A stretch of DNA of 64,000 nt from the NCBI GenBank assembly GCA_045534105.1, contig JAZSJB010000017.1:8591-72590 (forward strand), given 5' to 3'. Below, piece by piece: positions 38,521 through 48,992 of the stretch (the stretch's first letter is position 1; each line of letters opens with the position of its first letter). The notes beneath the pieces were generated by a model. That model searched no databases. It had not been told where the DNA came from and saw only the letters and a list, made by a program, of their open reading frames with translations. The DNA is from Lawsonibacter sp. GTDB taxonomy: Bacteria > Bacillota > Clostridia > Oscillospirales > Oscillospiraceae. Made by a program: the position numbers and the translations under genes.

Positions 38521-38687
38521 ACGCATTTTCTCTTTCGGCTCCAGCTTTCCTGTTATGAAAAGCATACCTGCTTCCCCCCAAAAAAGCAAGGCTAAAAATA
38601 TTTTCTTCTTTTTTATGCACCCATAAAGTCATTCTTATTCTTTGCAGCAAGTGAAAAACCGGAGCCGCACCGCAGCTCCGGTTTTTG

Positions 38688-40100
38688 TTATTCCGCTTCG
38701 AAAATCGCCTGAACACCTCGGTAGGTCATATAGCAGTCCAGCTTACTCACCGTTTCAAAGGGCGCGTGCATGGACAGCACGGGAACGCCGGCATCAATGG
38801 TGTCGATGTTACGGTTGGCCATATAGCAGGCCACGGTTCCGCCACCGCCTGCGTCCACCTTGCCCAGTTCGGCCATCTGCCAAACCACACCTGCACGGTC
38901 CAGCACACGGCGCACATAGCCCACCACCTCGGCAGAGGCGTCGGAAGCGCCGGACTTGCCCCGGGCACCGGTGTACTTGCACAGCCCCATGCCGTAGTTG
39001 ACCAGAGCGCTGTTGCGCTTTTCATATACCTCTGCATAGTCCGGATCATAGGCCGCGGTCACGTCGGCAGACAGACAGAAAGAATGCTCAAAGCACACGT
39101 CCAAACGTACATTTTGGCCCTCACACAGGTCACCAACAAAGGTATCAAAGGCAGAGGACTGCATGCCGCTCACACCCTCGGAGCCGATTTCCTCCTTATC
39201 TGCCAGCATACACACAGCGGTACGCTCGGGCGTGCCAAGCTGCAGCATGGCAGCAAGGCTTGCATAGGCACACACCCGATCATCATGGCCGTACGCACCG
39301 ATCAGGGAACGGTCAAAGCCGATGTCGCAGGCGTTGAAGGCGGGCACGGCAGCAAGCTCCGCAGAGATGAAATCCTCCTCCACCATGCCATATTTGCGGT
39401 TGAGCAGCTCCAGTACCGCGATCTTCACACGGTCAGACTCCTCATCCTCCGCCAGGGGGCGGCTGCCCACCAGAACGTTCAGATTCTCAGCAGGGAACGC
39501 CTCACTCAGTTTCTTCCCGGCCTGGCCGGCCCCGAGATGGGGCAGCAGGTCGGTAATGGTGAACAGGGGGTCACCCTCACCGCCGCCCACACTGACGCGG
39601 ATGGTCCGTCCGTCCTTGAGCACTACCACGCCGTGCAGCTCCAGAGGGATAGTCATCCATTGATACTTACGGATACCGCCATAATAGTGGGTCTTGAGGA
39701 AGGCCATTTCCTCCGCCTCGTACAGGGGGTTCTGCTTCAGGTCCAGGCGGGGAGAATCAATGTGGGCTGCGGCAATGTTCACGCCGTGCTCCATTCCCTT
39801 GCGGCCCATAACAGCCAGCATGATTGCCTTTCCACGGTTGACCCGATACACCTTATCCCCCGGCTTGAGGGACATGCCCCGCTCATAGGCGCGGAAGCCC
39901 GCCGCCTCGGCCATGGCCACGGTGCGGTCCACGCACTCCCGCTCGGTCTTGCCCGCGTCCAGGTACTGCTTGTAGCCTTGGCAATAGGCCTCCATAGCCT
40001 CCATATCGCCTTCACGCAGGCAGTCATAGCCGTTCTTTTTCTTGTACTGCAGGGCCTTGCGCAGCTGCGCACCCCGGGTAAGTTCCTTGGGTTCTGCCAT
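38688..40100 (-). CDS. M18 family aminopeptidase
   Basis: AHIDSPRLDLK, THYYGGI, GHDDR, DKEEIGS, SMHAP. Confidence 0.92.
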   Translation of the reverse strand: MAEPKELTRGAQLRKALQYKKKNGYDCLREGDMEAMEAYCQGYKQYLDAGKTERECVDRTVAMAEAAGFRAYERGMSLKPGDKVYRVNRGKAIMLAVMGRKGMEHGVNIAAAHIDSPRLDLKQNPLYEAEEMAFLKTHYYGGIRKYQWMTIPLELHGVVVLKDGRTIRVSVGGGEGDPLFTITDLLPHLGAGQAGKKLSEAFPAENLNVLVGSRPLAEDEESDRVKIAVLELLNRKYGMVEEDFISAELAAVPAFNACDIGFDRSLIGAYGHDDRVCAYASLAAMLQLGTPERTAVCMLADKEEIGSEGVSGMQSSAFDTFVGDLCEGQNVRLDVCFEHSFCLSADVTAAYDPDYAEVYEKRNSALVNYGMGLCKYTGARGKSGASDASAEVVGYVRRVLDRAGVVWQMAELGKVDAGGGGTVACYMANRNIDTIDAGVPVLSMHAPFETVSKLDCYMTYRGVQAIFEAE

Positions 40101-40113
40101 GATAATGTCCTCC

Positions 40114-40716
40114 TTACGGATTTAAGATCTCTAAAAAAAGTGTTCTTGCCCGGTCGGCAAAATCCTCCGCCCGGATGCAGTCATTCATGAGAATATGCTT
40201 ACAGTTTGCCCGAAAATAGTCGTCCTGTTTCTGGGCTGCCACGCGGCTGCGGGCATATTCCTCTGAAATGCCCTCCCGGGCACAGATACGGCGGATGCGT
40301 TCCTCCACCGGGGCCAAAACGGCCACTGTAGCATCGCACCGTTCTCCCAGTCCGCTTTCAATCAGCGTGATGCCGTCCACTGCGGCGACCATTTTTCCAG
40401 CCTGCCGGGCCTGCTGCAAAAGCGTATCCACCGCCCGTCTAATATGGGGATAGACAATGGCATTGAGCCACTCCAGCGCCGCCGGGTCCCGAAACACCAC
40501 GCCGCCCAGTTTCTTGCGGTCAAACTCTCCGTTCTCATCTTTCAGCGGGCCAAATGCGTGTTCTAATTCATTCTGTAAGGTAATATCGCTTTTCAGCAAT
40601 TTGTGGTACACACCATCACAGTCGATGATGGCCCCCCCCAGCTTTTCCAACTCTCTCAGTGCCGTAGTCTTGCCCGCCCCGGTGGGTCCGGTGATTCCGA
40701 TGATAGTCATAGTCAC
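40114..40716 (-). CDS. coaE: Dephospho-CoA kinase
   Basis: IGITGPTGAGKT, DRKKLG, RICAREG. Confidence 0.9.
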   Translation of the reverse strand: MTMTIIGITGPTGAGKTTALRELEKLGGAIIDCDGVYHKLLKSDITLQNELEHAFGPLKDENGEFDRKKLGGVVFRDPAALEWLNAIVYPHIRRAVDTLLQQARQAGKMVAAVDGITLIESGLGERCDATVAVLAPVEERIRRICAREGISEEYARSRVAAQKQDDYFRANCKHILMNDCIRAEDFADRARTLFLEILNP

Positions 40717-41738
40717 ACCTCAATGATATGGAAGCCGGCTGCCTTGCCAAGCCGATTGGTCACGGCAAGTCCGATGCCGGCCGTATCCGGGCACTGGGCC
40801 CAGATGGCGGGCACATCCGTGTGGTCAAAGGCACGCAGAGCGTCAAAAATGTGCCGCGCCTGCTCTTCCTTGTCTTGCGCGCTTCCCAGCGCCATCACGT
40901 GTCCAGCGGCAGCCTGTTTGGGAAACCGGGACAGGTACTCGTCAAAGCAGATAATGCCGTCCCCCTCCTCCGCGTGGGCCGCGATATAAGAGGCGCTCCC
41001 GGCCGGGTCGCCCGCGACCACGGTAACCGGAGCCTTGGGCGCATAGTGGCGGTAGGCCATGCCGGGGGCCTTTGGCTTCTCCCCTGCCTTCATTTGTCGG
41101 GTCACGGCGGCGTCCACGTCCACAGGGCCCAGCACCTCACGCAGCTGCTCCAGCGTCACACCGCCGGGCCGCAGCAACCTCGGAGGCATACATGTCAGGT
41201 CAATGATAGTCGACTCCACCCCAACGCCACAAGGACCTCCGTCCACAATGGCGTGGATCTTGCCATCCATATCCTCCAACATGTGCCTTGCCGTGGTGGG
41301 GCTGGGCCGGCCGGAGGTGTTCCCGGAAGGGGCGGCTACCGGAACGTCAGCCAGGGCAACGATCTCCCGGCACAGCTCATGACCCGGACAGCGCATGCCC
41401 ACCGTATCAAGGCCGGCAGTAACCACATCGGGCACATTGTCCCGCCGGGGCAGCACCATGGTCAATGGGCCGGGCCAGAACCGCTCCGCAAGCTGATAGG
41501 CCGCTTCAGGAATGTCCCGGCAATAGCGCTCCAGCCAGTCTGCGTGGGGAATGTGCAGGATGAGCGGATTGTCCTGGGGACGACCTTTGGCAGTAAAGAT
41601 ATCTGCCACCGCCTTGGGGTCAAGGCCATTGGCGCCAAGTCCGTACACAGTCTCCGTGGGGATGCCTACAAGCCCCCCTTCGCTGAGGATGCGGGCCGCG
41701 ATCTCTATTTCATTTTGGGTCAGATACTTCGTTTCCAC
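40713..41738 (-). CDS. sua5: Threonylcarbamoyl-AMP synthase (Sua5 type)
   Basis: PTETVYGLGA, KGRPQDNPLILH, APSGN.SG.PSPT, APGMAYRHYAP. Confidence 0.94.
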   Translation of the reverse strand: METKYLTQNEIEIAARILSEGGLVGIPTETVYGLGANGLDPKAVADIFTAKGRPQDNPLILHIPHADWLERYCRDIPEAAYQLAERFWPGPLTMVLPRRDNVPDVVTAGLDTVGMRCPGHELCREIVALADVPVAAPSGNTSGRPSPTTARHMLEDMDGKIHAIVDGGPCGVGVESTIIDLTCMPPRLLRPGGVTLEQLREVLGPVDVDAAVTRQMKAGEKPKAPGMAYRHYAPKAPVTVVAGDPAGSASYIAAHAEEGDGIICFDEYLSRFPKQAAAGHVMALGSAQDKEEQARHIFDALRAFDHTDVPAIWAQCPDTAGIGLAVTNRLGKAAGFHIIEV

Positions 41739-41752
41739 ACAAAAAACCCCAA

Positions 41753-42427
41753 TTATCTCTGTCCAAGAATAATATTCAGCAGTTCCCCGGGCGTGCGGGC
41801 AATGTGATCGGCCCCCTCGTTCTCCAGCTCCTGCCGGGTACGAAAGCCCCACAGCACGCCGCAGGATGCGATTGCGCCATTTTTAGCGGTCTTGATATCC
41901 ACGTTGCTGTCCCCTACGAACAGGGTACTCTCCGCCCTTGCGCCCATACGCTCCATCAGCCGGAACAACAGGGTCGGGTCCGGTTTGACAGGCTGTTCGG
42001 GCAGCACCCCCTGAACAAAGGGAAATACACCGGGGTAATAGCGTTCCATAACTCCCTGCGCCGCGCTGTCAGGCTTATTGGTAAGCACCGCAACGGACAC
42101 TCCGACCTTCTTCAGTTCTTCCACGACCTGCTCCATCCCCTCATAGGGATGGGTATTGTCCGTTTTATGCTCGCCATAGTAGATTTGAAATTCTTCCTGC
42201 ACCTGTTCCCATACACCTGGCCGCTTAGCCTGCTCCGGAGTGGTTCGTTCCAGCAGCTTTACCATGCCGTTGCCCACAAAATACTTGTATGCGTCCCGCT
42301 CATGGGTAGGCCAGCCGTACCGCCCGCACACCCAGTTGACGCTGTTGGCCAAATCATCCAGCGTGTCCAGGAGCGTACCATCCAGATCAAAAATCACATG
42401 GGTAAACGGTTTTTTAGGCGTAGGCAT
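41753..42427 (-). CDS. HAD hydrolase (Gph-like)
   Basis: FDLDGTL, TNK, KPDP, GDSNVD. Confidence 0.9.
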   Translation of the reverse strand: MPTPKKPFTHVIFDLDGTLLDTLDDLANSVNWVCGRYGWPTHERDAYKYFVGNGMVKLLERTTPEQAKRPGVWEQVQEEFQIYYGEHKTDNTHPYEGMEQVVEELKKVGVSVAVLTNKPDSAAQGVMERYYPGVFPFVQGVLPEQPVKPDPTLLFRLMERMGARAESTLFVGDSNVDIKTAKNGAIASCGVLWGFRTRQELENEGADHIARTPGELLNIILGQR

Positions 42428-42680
42428 TGATCTTCATGCCCCCAAGCTCAATAACCGTATCTTTTGGAAAACCCGCACGCATCAGATAGGTTTTGACCGC
42501 CCCTTGAGCCACCTTGGGATTCATCTTCTCGTCCTCCAGCTCCATGTCGATGCGGCCGTCCAGACCGCCGCAGACATAGCCGCCGTCATCCATAATCTCG
42601 TTGAGCCCCTCAACAACGTCCGCAAGCTCCATGCCTTCGGGCAGGGCCGTGTAATGCACATATAGATCCATTTTCTCCAC
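42414..42680 (-). CDS. Hypothetical protein, 88 aa
   Basis: Fills the gap between prfA and the HAD gene in a tightly packed operon. Confidence 0.7.
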   Translation of the reverse strand: MEKMDLYVHYTALPEGMELADVVEGLNEIMDDGGYVCGGLDGRIDMELEDEKMNPKVAQGAVKTYLMRAGFPKDTVIELGGMKINAYA

Positions 42681-42687
42681 CCCTGTG

Positions 42688-43746
42688 TTATTGTTGTTCT
42701 TTCAAGTGCTCCGCCTGATCCGCCGTGATCAGAGCATTGATGACTTCCTCCAGATCGCCGTCCATAATGCGCTCAATCTGATACAGAGTCAGGCCGATGC
42801 GGTGGTCGGTCACCCGCCCCTGGGGGAAATTATAGGTGCGGATACGCTCGTTTCGCATACCGCTGCCCACCTGACTGCGGCGCTGGGCGGTCAGCTCACC
42901 GCTCACACGCTCCTGTTCCTGTTCATAGAGCCGGGAAGCCAAAATACGCATAGCCTTGTCACGGTTCTGGAACTGGCTGCGCTCCTGCTGACACTCCACC
43001 ACCATGCCCGTTGGCTTGTGGATCAGGCGCACGGCGGAGGAGGTCTTATTCACGTGCTGTCCTCCCGCGCCGGAGGCACGGAACACCTGCATCTCCACGT
43101 CGGCGGGGTCGATCTTCACATCCACCGTCTCCATCTCTGGTAGCACCGCCACCGTAACGGTGGAGGTGTGTACGCGCCCCCCCGACTCCGTCTCCGGTAC
43201 TCGCTGCACCCGGTGTACGCCGCTTTCAAACTTGAGCCGGGAGTAGGCTCCCGCCCCTTCAATTGTAAAGGATATTTCCTTTATACCGCCCAGTTCTGTT
43301 TCGCTGACGCTGTTGACCTCCGTCTTCCAGCGGCAGCTCTCAGCAAACATGGAGTACATGCGGTACAGGGAGTGGGCAAACAGGGCTGCTTCCTCCCCGC
43401 CAACGCCCGCGCGGATCTCCACAATGACATTTTTATCGTCATTTGGGTCCCGGGGCAGCAGCAGAATCCGCAGTTCCTGCTCCAGCCGTTCCAGGTCCTG
43501 CTTGGTCTGCTGCAGGTCTTCCTGTGCAAGCTCTTTCATCTCCGGGTCATCCAGCAGCGTCAAGGCACCCTCTTTGGCCTGCTGCGCCGCACGGTAGGCC
43601 CGGTAAGTTTCCACCACCGGGGCCAACTGAGTCTGCTCCTGGTTGAGCCGGGCCACCTGAGCCGGGTCATTATAGGTCTCCGGAGCGGCCAGCCGAGCCT
43701 CGATCTGACTGTATTTGGCCTCTACGGCATTCAGTTTGTCCAGCAT
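42688..43746 (-). CDS. prfA: Peptide chain release factor 1
   Basis: GGQ motif, PET specificity motif (RVPETESGGRVHTS), RTYNFPQGRVTDHR. Confidence 0.96.
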   Translation of the reverse strand: MLDKLNAVEAKYSQIEARLAAPETYNDPAQVARLNQEQTQLAPVVETYRAYRAAQQAKEGALTLLDDPEMKELAQEDLQQTKQDLERLEQELRILLLPRDPNDDKNVIVEIRAGVGGEEAALFAHSLYRMYSMFAESCRWKTEVNSVSETELGGIKEISFTIEGAGAYSRLKFESGVHRVQRVPETESGGRVHTSTVTVAVLPEMETVDVKIDPADVEMQVFRASGAGGQHVNKTSSAVRLIHKPTGMVVECQQERSQFQNRDKAMRILASRLYEQEQERVSGELTAQRRSQVGSGMRNERIRTYNFPQGRVTDHRIGLTLYQIERIMDGDLEEVINALITADQAEHLKEQQ

Positions 43747-43766
43747 AGCCTGCCTCCTTCCCTATA

Positions 43767-44375
43767 TTATCGGTCAAAAACAAAAGATTTTACAAGGGCC
43801 AGCGGCTCCCGGATATACATCCAAATCCGGGACGGTGCGTGGGAGCTGGGCGCAGCAAGGGTGGACAAATGCTCCCCCTCCCCTGTCACCCGGTCCCAGA
43901 GCATCCGGGCGCGGGTCAGGTGGAATCCGTTGGATACTATCAGTACGCCCTGCTCTATATCAAGGTCCCGTTCCCCCATCACCTGCGCGCTGTATATGAT
44001 GTTCTGATGGGTGTTGTGGGAAAGCTCCTCCACAATAACACGCTCCGGGCTAATACCTGCCTTCACCAGATAATCCTGCATGCAGGCCGCTTCACTGGTG
44101 TACTCGTCCGGACCCTGGCCGCCGCTGACGATAACCATCACATCCGGGTGTCCATCCAGATAGTCAAGCGCCTCGTCCAGTCGGTCCTTCAGAAGAATGG
44201 ATGGACCCCACGGGTGGATCTGGCAGCCCAGAACGATCATGGTCTGAGGCTGGCCCTGAATGTGGTCATAGCTGCCGTAAAGTACCGCACCAAGCAGCAA
44301 ACCAAAAAGCAGCACCCCCACCGCAGTCAGTACCAGCAGCGCCCTGAACCATTTGCTTTGCAGCATCCGCTTCAT
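43767..44375 (-). CDS. YdcF/ElyC/SanA (DUF218) family protein
   Basis: N-terminal TM, IVLG, VSGGQG.DE, SHNTHQN, FHLTRA, REPLA. Confidence 0.88.
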   Translation of the reverse strand: MKRMLQSKWFRALLVLTAVGVLLFGLLLGAVLYGSYDHIQGQPQTMIVLGCQIHPWGPSILLKDRLDEALDYLDGHPDVMVIVSGGQGPDEYTSEAACMQDYLVKAGISPERVIVEELSHNTHQNIIYSAQVMGERDLDIEQGVLIVSNGFHLTRARMLWDRVTGEGEHLSTLAAPSSHAPSRIWMYIREPLALVKSFVFDR

Positions 44376-46270
44376 CCTCTGGCCTCCTCCAGCTCAGCAC
44401 TCAGCCGTTCCCAGCTGCCATACAGCTTCAGGATCTCCTCCTCCAGTGCTTCACGCTGCTCGTACAACTCCTGCAGCTTCAGGTAGTCGGCAGAGGCCTC
44501 CTGGATCTGCTCGGTCAGTTCAAACATCTGCTCCTCAGCCCTGGCGACCGCCCGCTCGGCGGCAGCTACCTCCTTTTCCAGGTTTTTGGTCCCGCCGGGA
44601 CGCTTGGGCTTGTCCTTGCGCGGTTCCTGTCTGGTCTGGGACACAGGCTCCGGCTGCAGGCTTTTACGCGCCTTGGCCGCCAGATACTCCTGATAATTTC
44701 CTCGGAAATCTATGATCTTGCCGTCCTGCAGTTCCCAGATACGAGTGGCAAAACGGTCAATAAAATAGCGATCGTGGGAGACAAACAGCAGTACGCCGTC
44801 ATACTCTTCCACCGCCCCCTCGATCCATTCCCGGCTGGCAATGTCCAGATGGTTGGTGGGCTCGTCCAGAATGAGGAAGTTGATCTTCTCATCCATCAGC
44901 ATGCAAAGTCGCAGGCGGCTGCGCTCGCCGCCGGAGAGAACGGACACCTGTTTGAATACATCCTCTCCCCGGAAGTTAAAGGCCGCCAGACGGTTGCGGG
45001 CGGTCTGGGCGGTGCAGTCCTGGTCATAAATCATAGTGTCCACCAAGGTACGCTCCGGGTGGTCAAAGGACACCACCTGCGGCAGGTAACCTACCTTTAC
45101 AGTTGGACCCATACGCAGCTTTCCTTCGTCCGGCTGTTCTTCCCCGGTAATGAGCTTGATCAGAGTCGACTTGCCTGTTCCGTTGTCACCGATCAGTCCG
45201 ATGCGTTCGCCGCCGATGATCTCCAGGTCCAGGCCACTGAACAACACCCGGTCCCCGTAGCCCTTGGCAAGCCCCTTGGTAGTCAGCACCTCGTCCCCGT
45301 GAAACTCCCGCTCCCCAAAGCCCATTTCCAGCTTTCGGACCTTTGTGGGCTTGTCCATGGTACGCATACGCTCGATACGCTTTTCCATGGATTTGGCCCG
45401 GCGGAAGGTCTTATCCATGCCGGAATAGGCCCAAACACGCAGCTGCTCTGCTGCCTTCTCCAACTGTTCGATCTTGGCCTGTTCCTTTTCATACTGCTTT
45501 AATTTTTCCTCAAAGCGGCGTTCTTTCTCTACGGCATAGAAGGTATAATTTCCCTCATAGAACTCCGCCTTGCCGTCCTGGATCTCAATGACCCGGCTGA
45601 CCACCCGGTCCAGAAAATAGCGGTCATGGGAAATAGCAAGAACAGTACCCTTAAATTTTTTCAGATACTCCTCCAGCCACTCCACCGCGTGCAGGTCCAG
45701 ATGGTTAGTAGGCTCGTCCAGAAGAAGGATATCCGTATCCTCCAGAATGAGCCGGGCCAGATTGACTCGGGTCTTTTCACCGCCGGACAAATCGTCAAAT
45801 AACTGTTCCCGCATGGACCGGGGTATGGTCAGGCCGTTGCACACCTTGTTTTTCCGGGTGTCGGTGTCATAGCCGCCTCCAGCTTCAAAGGCGGCAGCAA
45901 GGGTATCATACCGACGCAGAACATTGGGATCGTTCCTCTCCCCCATCTGCACGGCAAGCTCACCAAGCTCCCGCTCCATGACCTTGAGCCGTTCAAAGGC
46001 GGTGTCCAGCACGTCCTCCACCGTATAACCGGCGGGATAGACCGGAATCTGGGAGATGAGCCCCAGGCGCTTGCCCGGGGCTATCATCACATCCCCCTCA
46101 TCCCAGTCCACTTCCCCGGTGAGAATACGAAATACGGTGGTCTTACCGCTGCCGTTTTTGCCCAGCAGGCCCACTCGCTCCCCGGTATCCACCTGAAAGG
46201 TCAATCCGTCCAATATTCGACTGCCGACCTCATACTCTTTTACAAGGCCGGAAACTGAAATCTCGATCAT
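44372..46270 (-). CDS. ABC-F family ATPase
   Basis: Two ABC domains (GKNGSGKT/LSGGE/DEPTNHLD twice), no TM segments, C-terminal coiled coil. Confidence 0.93.
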   Translation of the reverse strand: MIEISVSGLVKEYEVGSRILDGLTFQVDTGERVGLLGKNGSGKTTVFRILTGEVDWDEGDVMIAPGKRLGLISQIPVYPAGYTVEDVLDTAFERLKVMERELGELAVQMGERNDPNVLRRYDTLAAAFEAGGGYDTDTRKNKVCNGLTIPRSMREQLFDDLSGGEKTRVNLARLILEDTDILLLDEPTNHLDLHAVEWLEEYLKKFKGTVLAISHDRYFLDRVVSRVIEIQDGKAEFYEGNYTFYAVEKERRFEEKLKQYEKEQAKIEQLEKAAEQLRVWAYSGMDKTFRRAKSMEKRIERMRTMDKPTKVRKLEMGFGEREFHGDEVLTTKGLAKGYGDRVLFSGLDLEIIGGERIGLIGDNGTGKSTLIKLITGEEQPDEGKLRMGPTVKVGYLPQVVSFDHPERTLVDTMIYDQDCTAQTARNRLAAFNFRGEDVFKQVSVLSGGERSRLRLCMLMDEKINFLILDEPTNHLDIASREWIEGAVEEYDGVLLFVSHDRYFIDRFATRIWELQDGKIIDFRGNYQEYLAAKARKSLQPEPVSQTRQEPRKDKPKRPGGTKNLEKEVAAAERAVARAEEQMFELTEQIQEASADYLKLQELYEQREALEEEILKLYGSWERLSAELEEARG

Positions 46271-46309
46271 GTTCCTGTCTCTTTCAGGCAGAGCACGCTC
46301 CGCCGGTCG

Positions 46310-47710
46310 TCATTCTTCCGTAGTGATGCGCTTGAGATACTCCACAAGCTCCTCCATGGCCATTCCTCTGGATGCCTTGACCAGAATGGTGCTGTCGGGA
46401 CGCACATTGTCCTTGAGCACCGGGATGGCCGCCCCCTTATCGGGGCAGTGGAATACGGCGGGCACCCCCGCCTTTTCCGCAGCCTGGGCCATATGATTCG
46501 ACAGCTCGCCCACCGCCACAAGGCAGTTGACCCCTGACTTGCCCAGATACTCGCCCACACCCGCGTGCAGAGCGGGAGCCAGACTGCCCAACTCAAACAT
46601 ATCGCCCAGCACAGCCATTTTGAAGGCACTTTTGCTGTCGCTGAGCACACCGATGGCCGCCCGCATAGATTGGGGATTGGCGTTATAGGTGTCGTTGAGA
46701 ATGGTGATGTTCTGCCCACGCCGGAGTACGTTCATACGCATCTTGGTGGGTTCAAACTGCAAGATCCCCTTGAGGATCTGCTCCCGGGTCAGTCCAAAGC
46801 GCTCTCCCAACGCCACGGCAGTTAGCGCAGGATAAATCATGTGCTGGCCCAGGGCGGGGATCTCCATCTCGTACTCCCCCCGGGGGGTAACTGCGGTGCA
46901 GCGGATGCTGCTGCCCTCCCCGCTGCGTACGTCCACAGCCCGGTAATCCGCGCTTTCTGCGTTCCCGTAAAAGACCGTTTTAAAGGGAAGCGTACCATTC
47001 AGTGCGGACAGCAGCTCGTCATCCCCGTTGAGAATGGCGGCTCCCTCCGGTTTGAGGTGGTTGAACATCTCGCACTTTGCCTTAAGAATATTTTCCCTAC
47101 TGCCCAGATTTTCAATGTGGGCGTCACCCACGTTGGTAATCACGGCCACGTCGGGCTTTGCGATCCCACTGAGGTAATCGATCTCTCCGGCCTGGCTCAT
47201 GCCCATTTCTATGACAGCGATCTCATGGCTCTTGTTCAGACGCAGCAGGGTCAGAGGCATGCCCTCCCGGCTGTTCATATTGCCCTCGGTCTTGAGCACC
47301 TTGTATTTCATACCCAGCACCGCGGCTACCATATCCTTGGTGGTGGTTTTGCCTACACTTCCGGTAATGCCCACCAGAGGAATGGGGAATTTGGTGCGGT
47401 AGTACGCGGCCAGATCCCGCAGAGCGCGCAGGGGACTGCTCACCTTGATATAGAACTTTCCGGGCAGATAGCTCTCCCGTTCCCTTGCGGTAAAACAGCC
47501 CGCCGCGCCGTTTTCCAGTGCGGAATTGATATAGGCGTGACCGTCAAAGCGTTCCCCAACCAGAGGGACAAACAAGGCTCCGGGATGGATGGTACGGCTG
47601 TCCGTCTCCACCCGGTCCACCGTGATGCCCAGATCAGAAACGTCACCCAGCAGTGTACCGTTCACTGCCTTGAGAATCTCACCCAAATTGATGGGTTCCA
47701 TGCTGCTCAT
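46310..47710 (-). CDS. murF: UDP-MurNAc-tripeptide:D-Ala-D-Ala ligase
   Basis: GERFDGH, ITGSVGKTTTK, NDTYNANP, LGDMFELG, VKASRG. Confidence 0.95.
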   Translation of the reverse strand: MSSMEPINLGEILKAVNGTLLGDVSDLGITVDRVETDSRTIHPGALFVPLVGERFDGHAYINSALENGAAGCFTARERESYLPGKFYIKVSSPLRALRDLAAYYRTKFPIPLVGITGSVGKTTTKDMVAAVLGMKYKVLKTEGNMNSREGMPLTLLRLNKSHEIAVIEMGMSQAGEIDYLSGIAKPDVAVITNVGDAHIENLGSRENILKAKCEMFNHLKPEGAAILNGDDELLSALNGTLPFKTVFYGNAESADYRAVDVRSGEGSSIRCTAVTPRGEYEMEIPALGQHMIYPALTAVALGERFGLTREQILKGILQFEPTKMRMNVLRRGQNITILNDTYNANPQSMRAAIGVLSDSKSAFKMAVLGDMFELGSLAPALHAGVGEYLGKSGVNCLVAVGELSNHMAQAAEKAGVPAVFHCPDKGAAIPVLKDNVRPDSTILVKASRGMAMEELVEYLKRITTEE

Positions 47711-48768
47711 TCTCCTTTTTTGCGCGCGTCCAGAGACACGCTGATGATGCGCTCACAAAGCTCACCGTAGCCGATTCCAACCGCCGCGGCCTCCTGAGGT
47801 ACCAGACTGGTGGGGGTCATACCCGGAAGGGTGTTGATCTCCAGGAAGTAGGGCGTACCGTCCGGGGTAATGATATAGTCCGCCCGGGCATAGACGCTCA
47901 GGCCTAAAGTGCAGAATACCTCCTGAGCGGACCGCGCCATGCGCTGCTCCCATTCCGACGGAATATCGGCGGGACAGACCTCCCGGGTCGCTCCGGCCTG
48001 ATATTTGTTTTCATAATCGTAAAAACCCTCTTTGGGGATGATCTCAATGGAGGGCAGCGCCTTCCCTTCCAGAACGGCGATGGAAAACTCTCTGCCCCGA
48101 ACAAACTGCTCCAGCACGGTGCGGCCGCCCAATTCCCGGCTCTTTTTCAGCGCCGCGCGCAGTTCCTCAACCGTATTGGCAATATACACTCCGATGGAAG
48201 AGCCGCTGGCCAGCGGCTTGACCACCACAGGCAGCGAGGTACGCGCCACAATGCTCTCAATATTCTCCCGGGCACAGTCCACTGTCTCCCAGTGGGGCGT
48301 ATCAACACCGGGCCGGTCCGCTACCAACCTCTTGGTCATATCCTTATCCAGAGCCAGCGCGCTGCTGAGATAGTTGGCCCCGGTGTAGGGGATACCTAGC
48401 ATATCCAGTGTGGCCTGAACACGCCCATCCTCTCCGCAGGTGCCGTGCAGGGCCAGGAACACGCAGTCCGCCATGGCACACAGCTCCAGAACACCGGGGC
48501 CAAAGTGGCTTGCGGACTTGTCCCGGCGGCTGTTCTTCACTTGCGCAAGGTCGGGAGCCTGGGGGGACACCTTCTTAAATTCCTCAGGGATGGGAGCGGT
48601 AAACAACTGCTCAGGGCACTCCACTCCCCTGCCCTCCAATCCGAAGAACAGGTCTACCAGCGCCGCCTCATGGCCCCGGTCACGCAGAGCCTGACAAACC
48701 ATGGCACCGGAGGACAGGGACACATTGCGTTCCGGGCTAAGTCCGCCGGACATCACTACGATTTTCAT
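47707..48768 (-). CDS. ddl: D-alanine--D-alanine ligase
   Basis: GGLSPERNVSL, LHG..GEDG, GSSIG, FYDYENKY, EINTLPGMT. Confidence 0.94.
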   Translation of the reverse strand: MKIVVMSGGLSPERNVSLSSGAMVCQALRDRGHEAALVDLFFGLEGRGVECPEQLFTAPIPEEFKKVSPQAPDLAQVKNSRRDKSASHFGPGVLELCAMADCVFLALHGTCGEDGRVQATLDMLGIPYTGANYLSSALALDKDMTKRLVADRPGVDTPHWETVDCARENIESIVARTSLPVVVKPLASGSSIGVYIANTVEELRAALKKSRELGGRTVLEQFVRGREFSIAVLEGKALPSIEIIPKEGFYDYENKYQAGATREVCPADIPSEWEQRMARSAQEVFCTLGLSVYARADYIITPDGTPYFLEINTLPGMTPTSLVPQEAAAVGIGYGELCERIISVSLDARKKGE

Positions 48769-48992
48769 ATCAAACACCTCTTAACGGCATACTCTCTCAT
48801 ATTAAATTTATACACTATTAGAATATTTTAGCACGTTTCCCTTTAATACACAATGCCGTCATTGGCTTTTTCCCTGTTTTTTCCGTCCCGGTCTGTGGGC
48901 TGTGCCCGTTCCGGCGCACCATTTGCCGCCAGGGACATAGAATAATTCGGAAGCAGTATCCAATTCCAATTCCATATCAGGAGGTATGTTTC

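Noticed and set aside
44372-46270. Antibiotic-resistance ABC-F
   Set aside because: Embedded in a housekeeping operon with no leader peptide or attenuator; the subfamily cannot be assigned by eye.
46310-48768. Vancomycin-resistance ligase cluster
   Set aside because: The ligase has the Tyr-containing FYDYENKY loop typical of D-Ala-D-Ala ligases and there is no vanH/X/Y/R/S; housekeeping ddl-murF.
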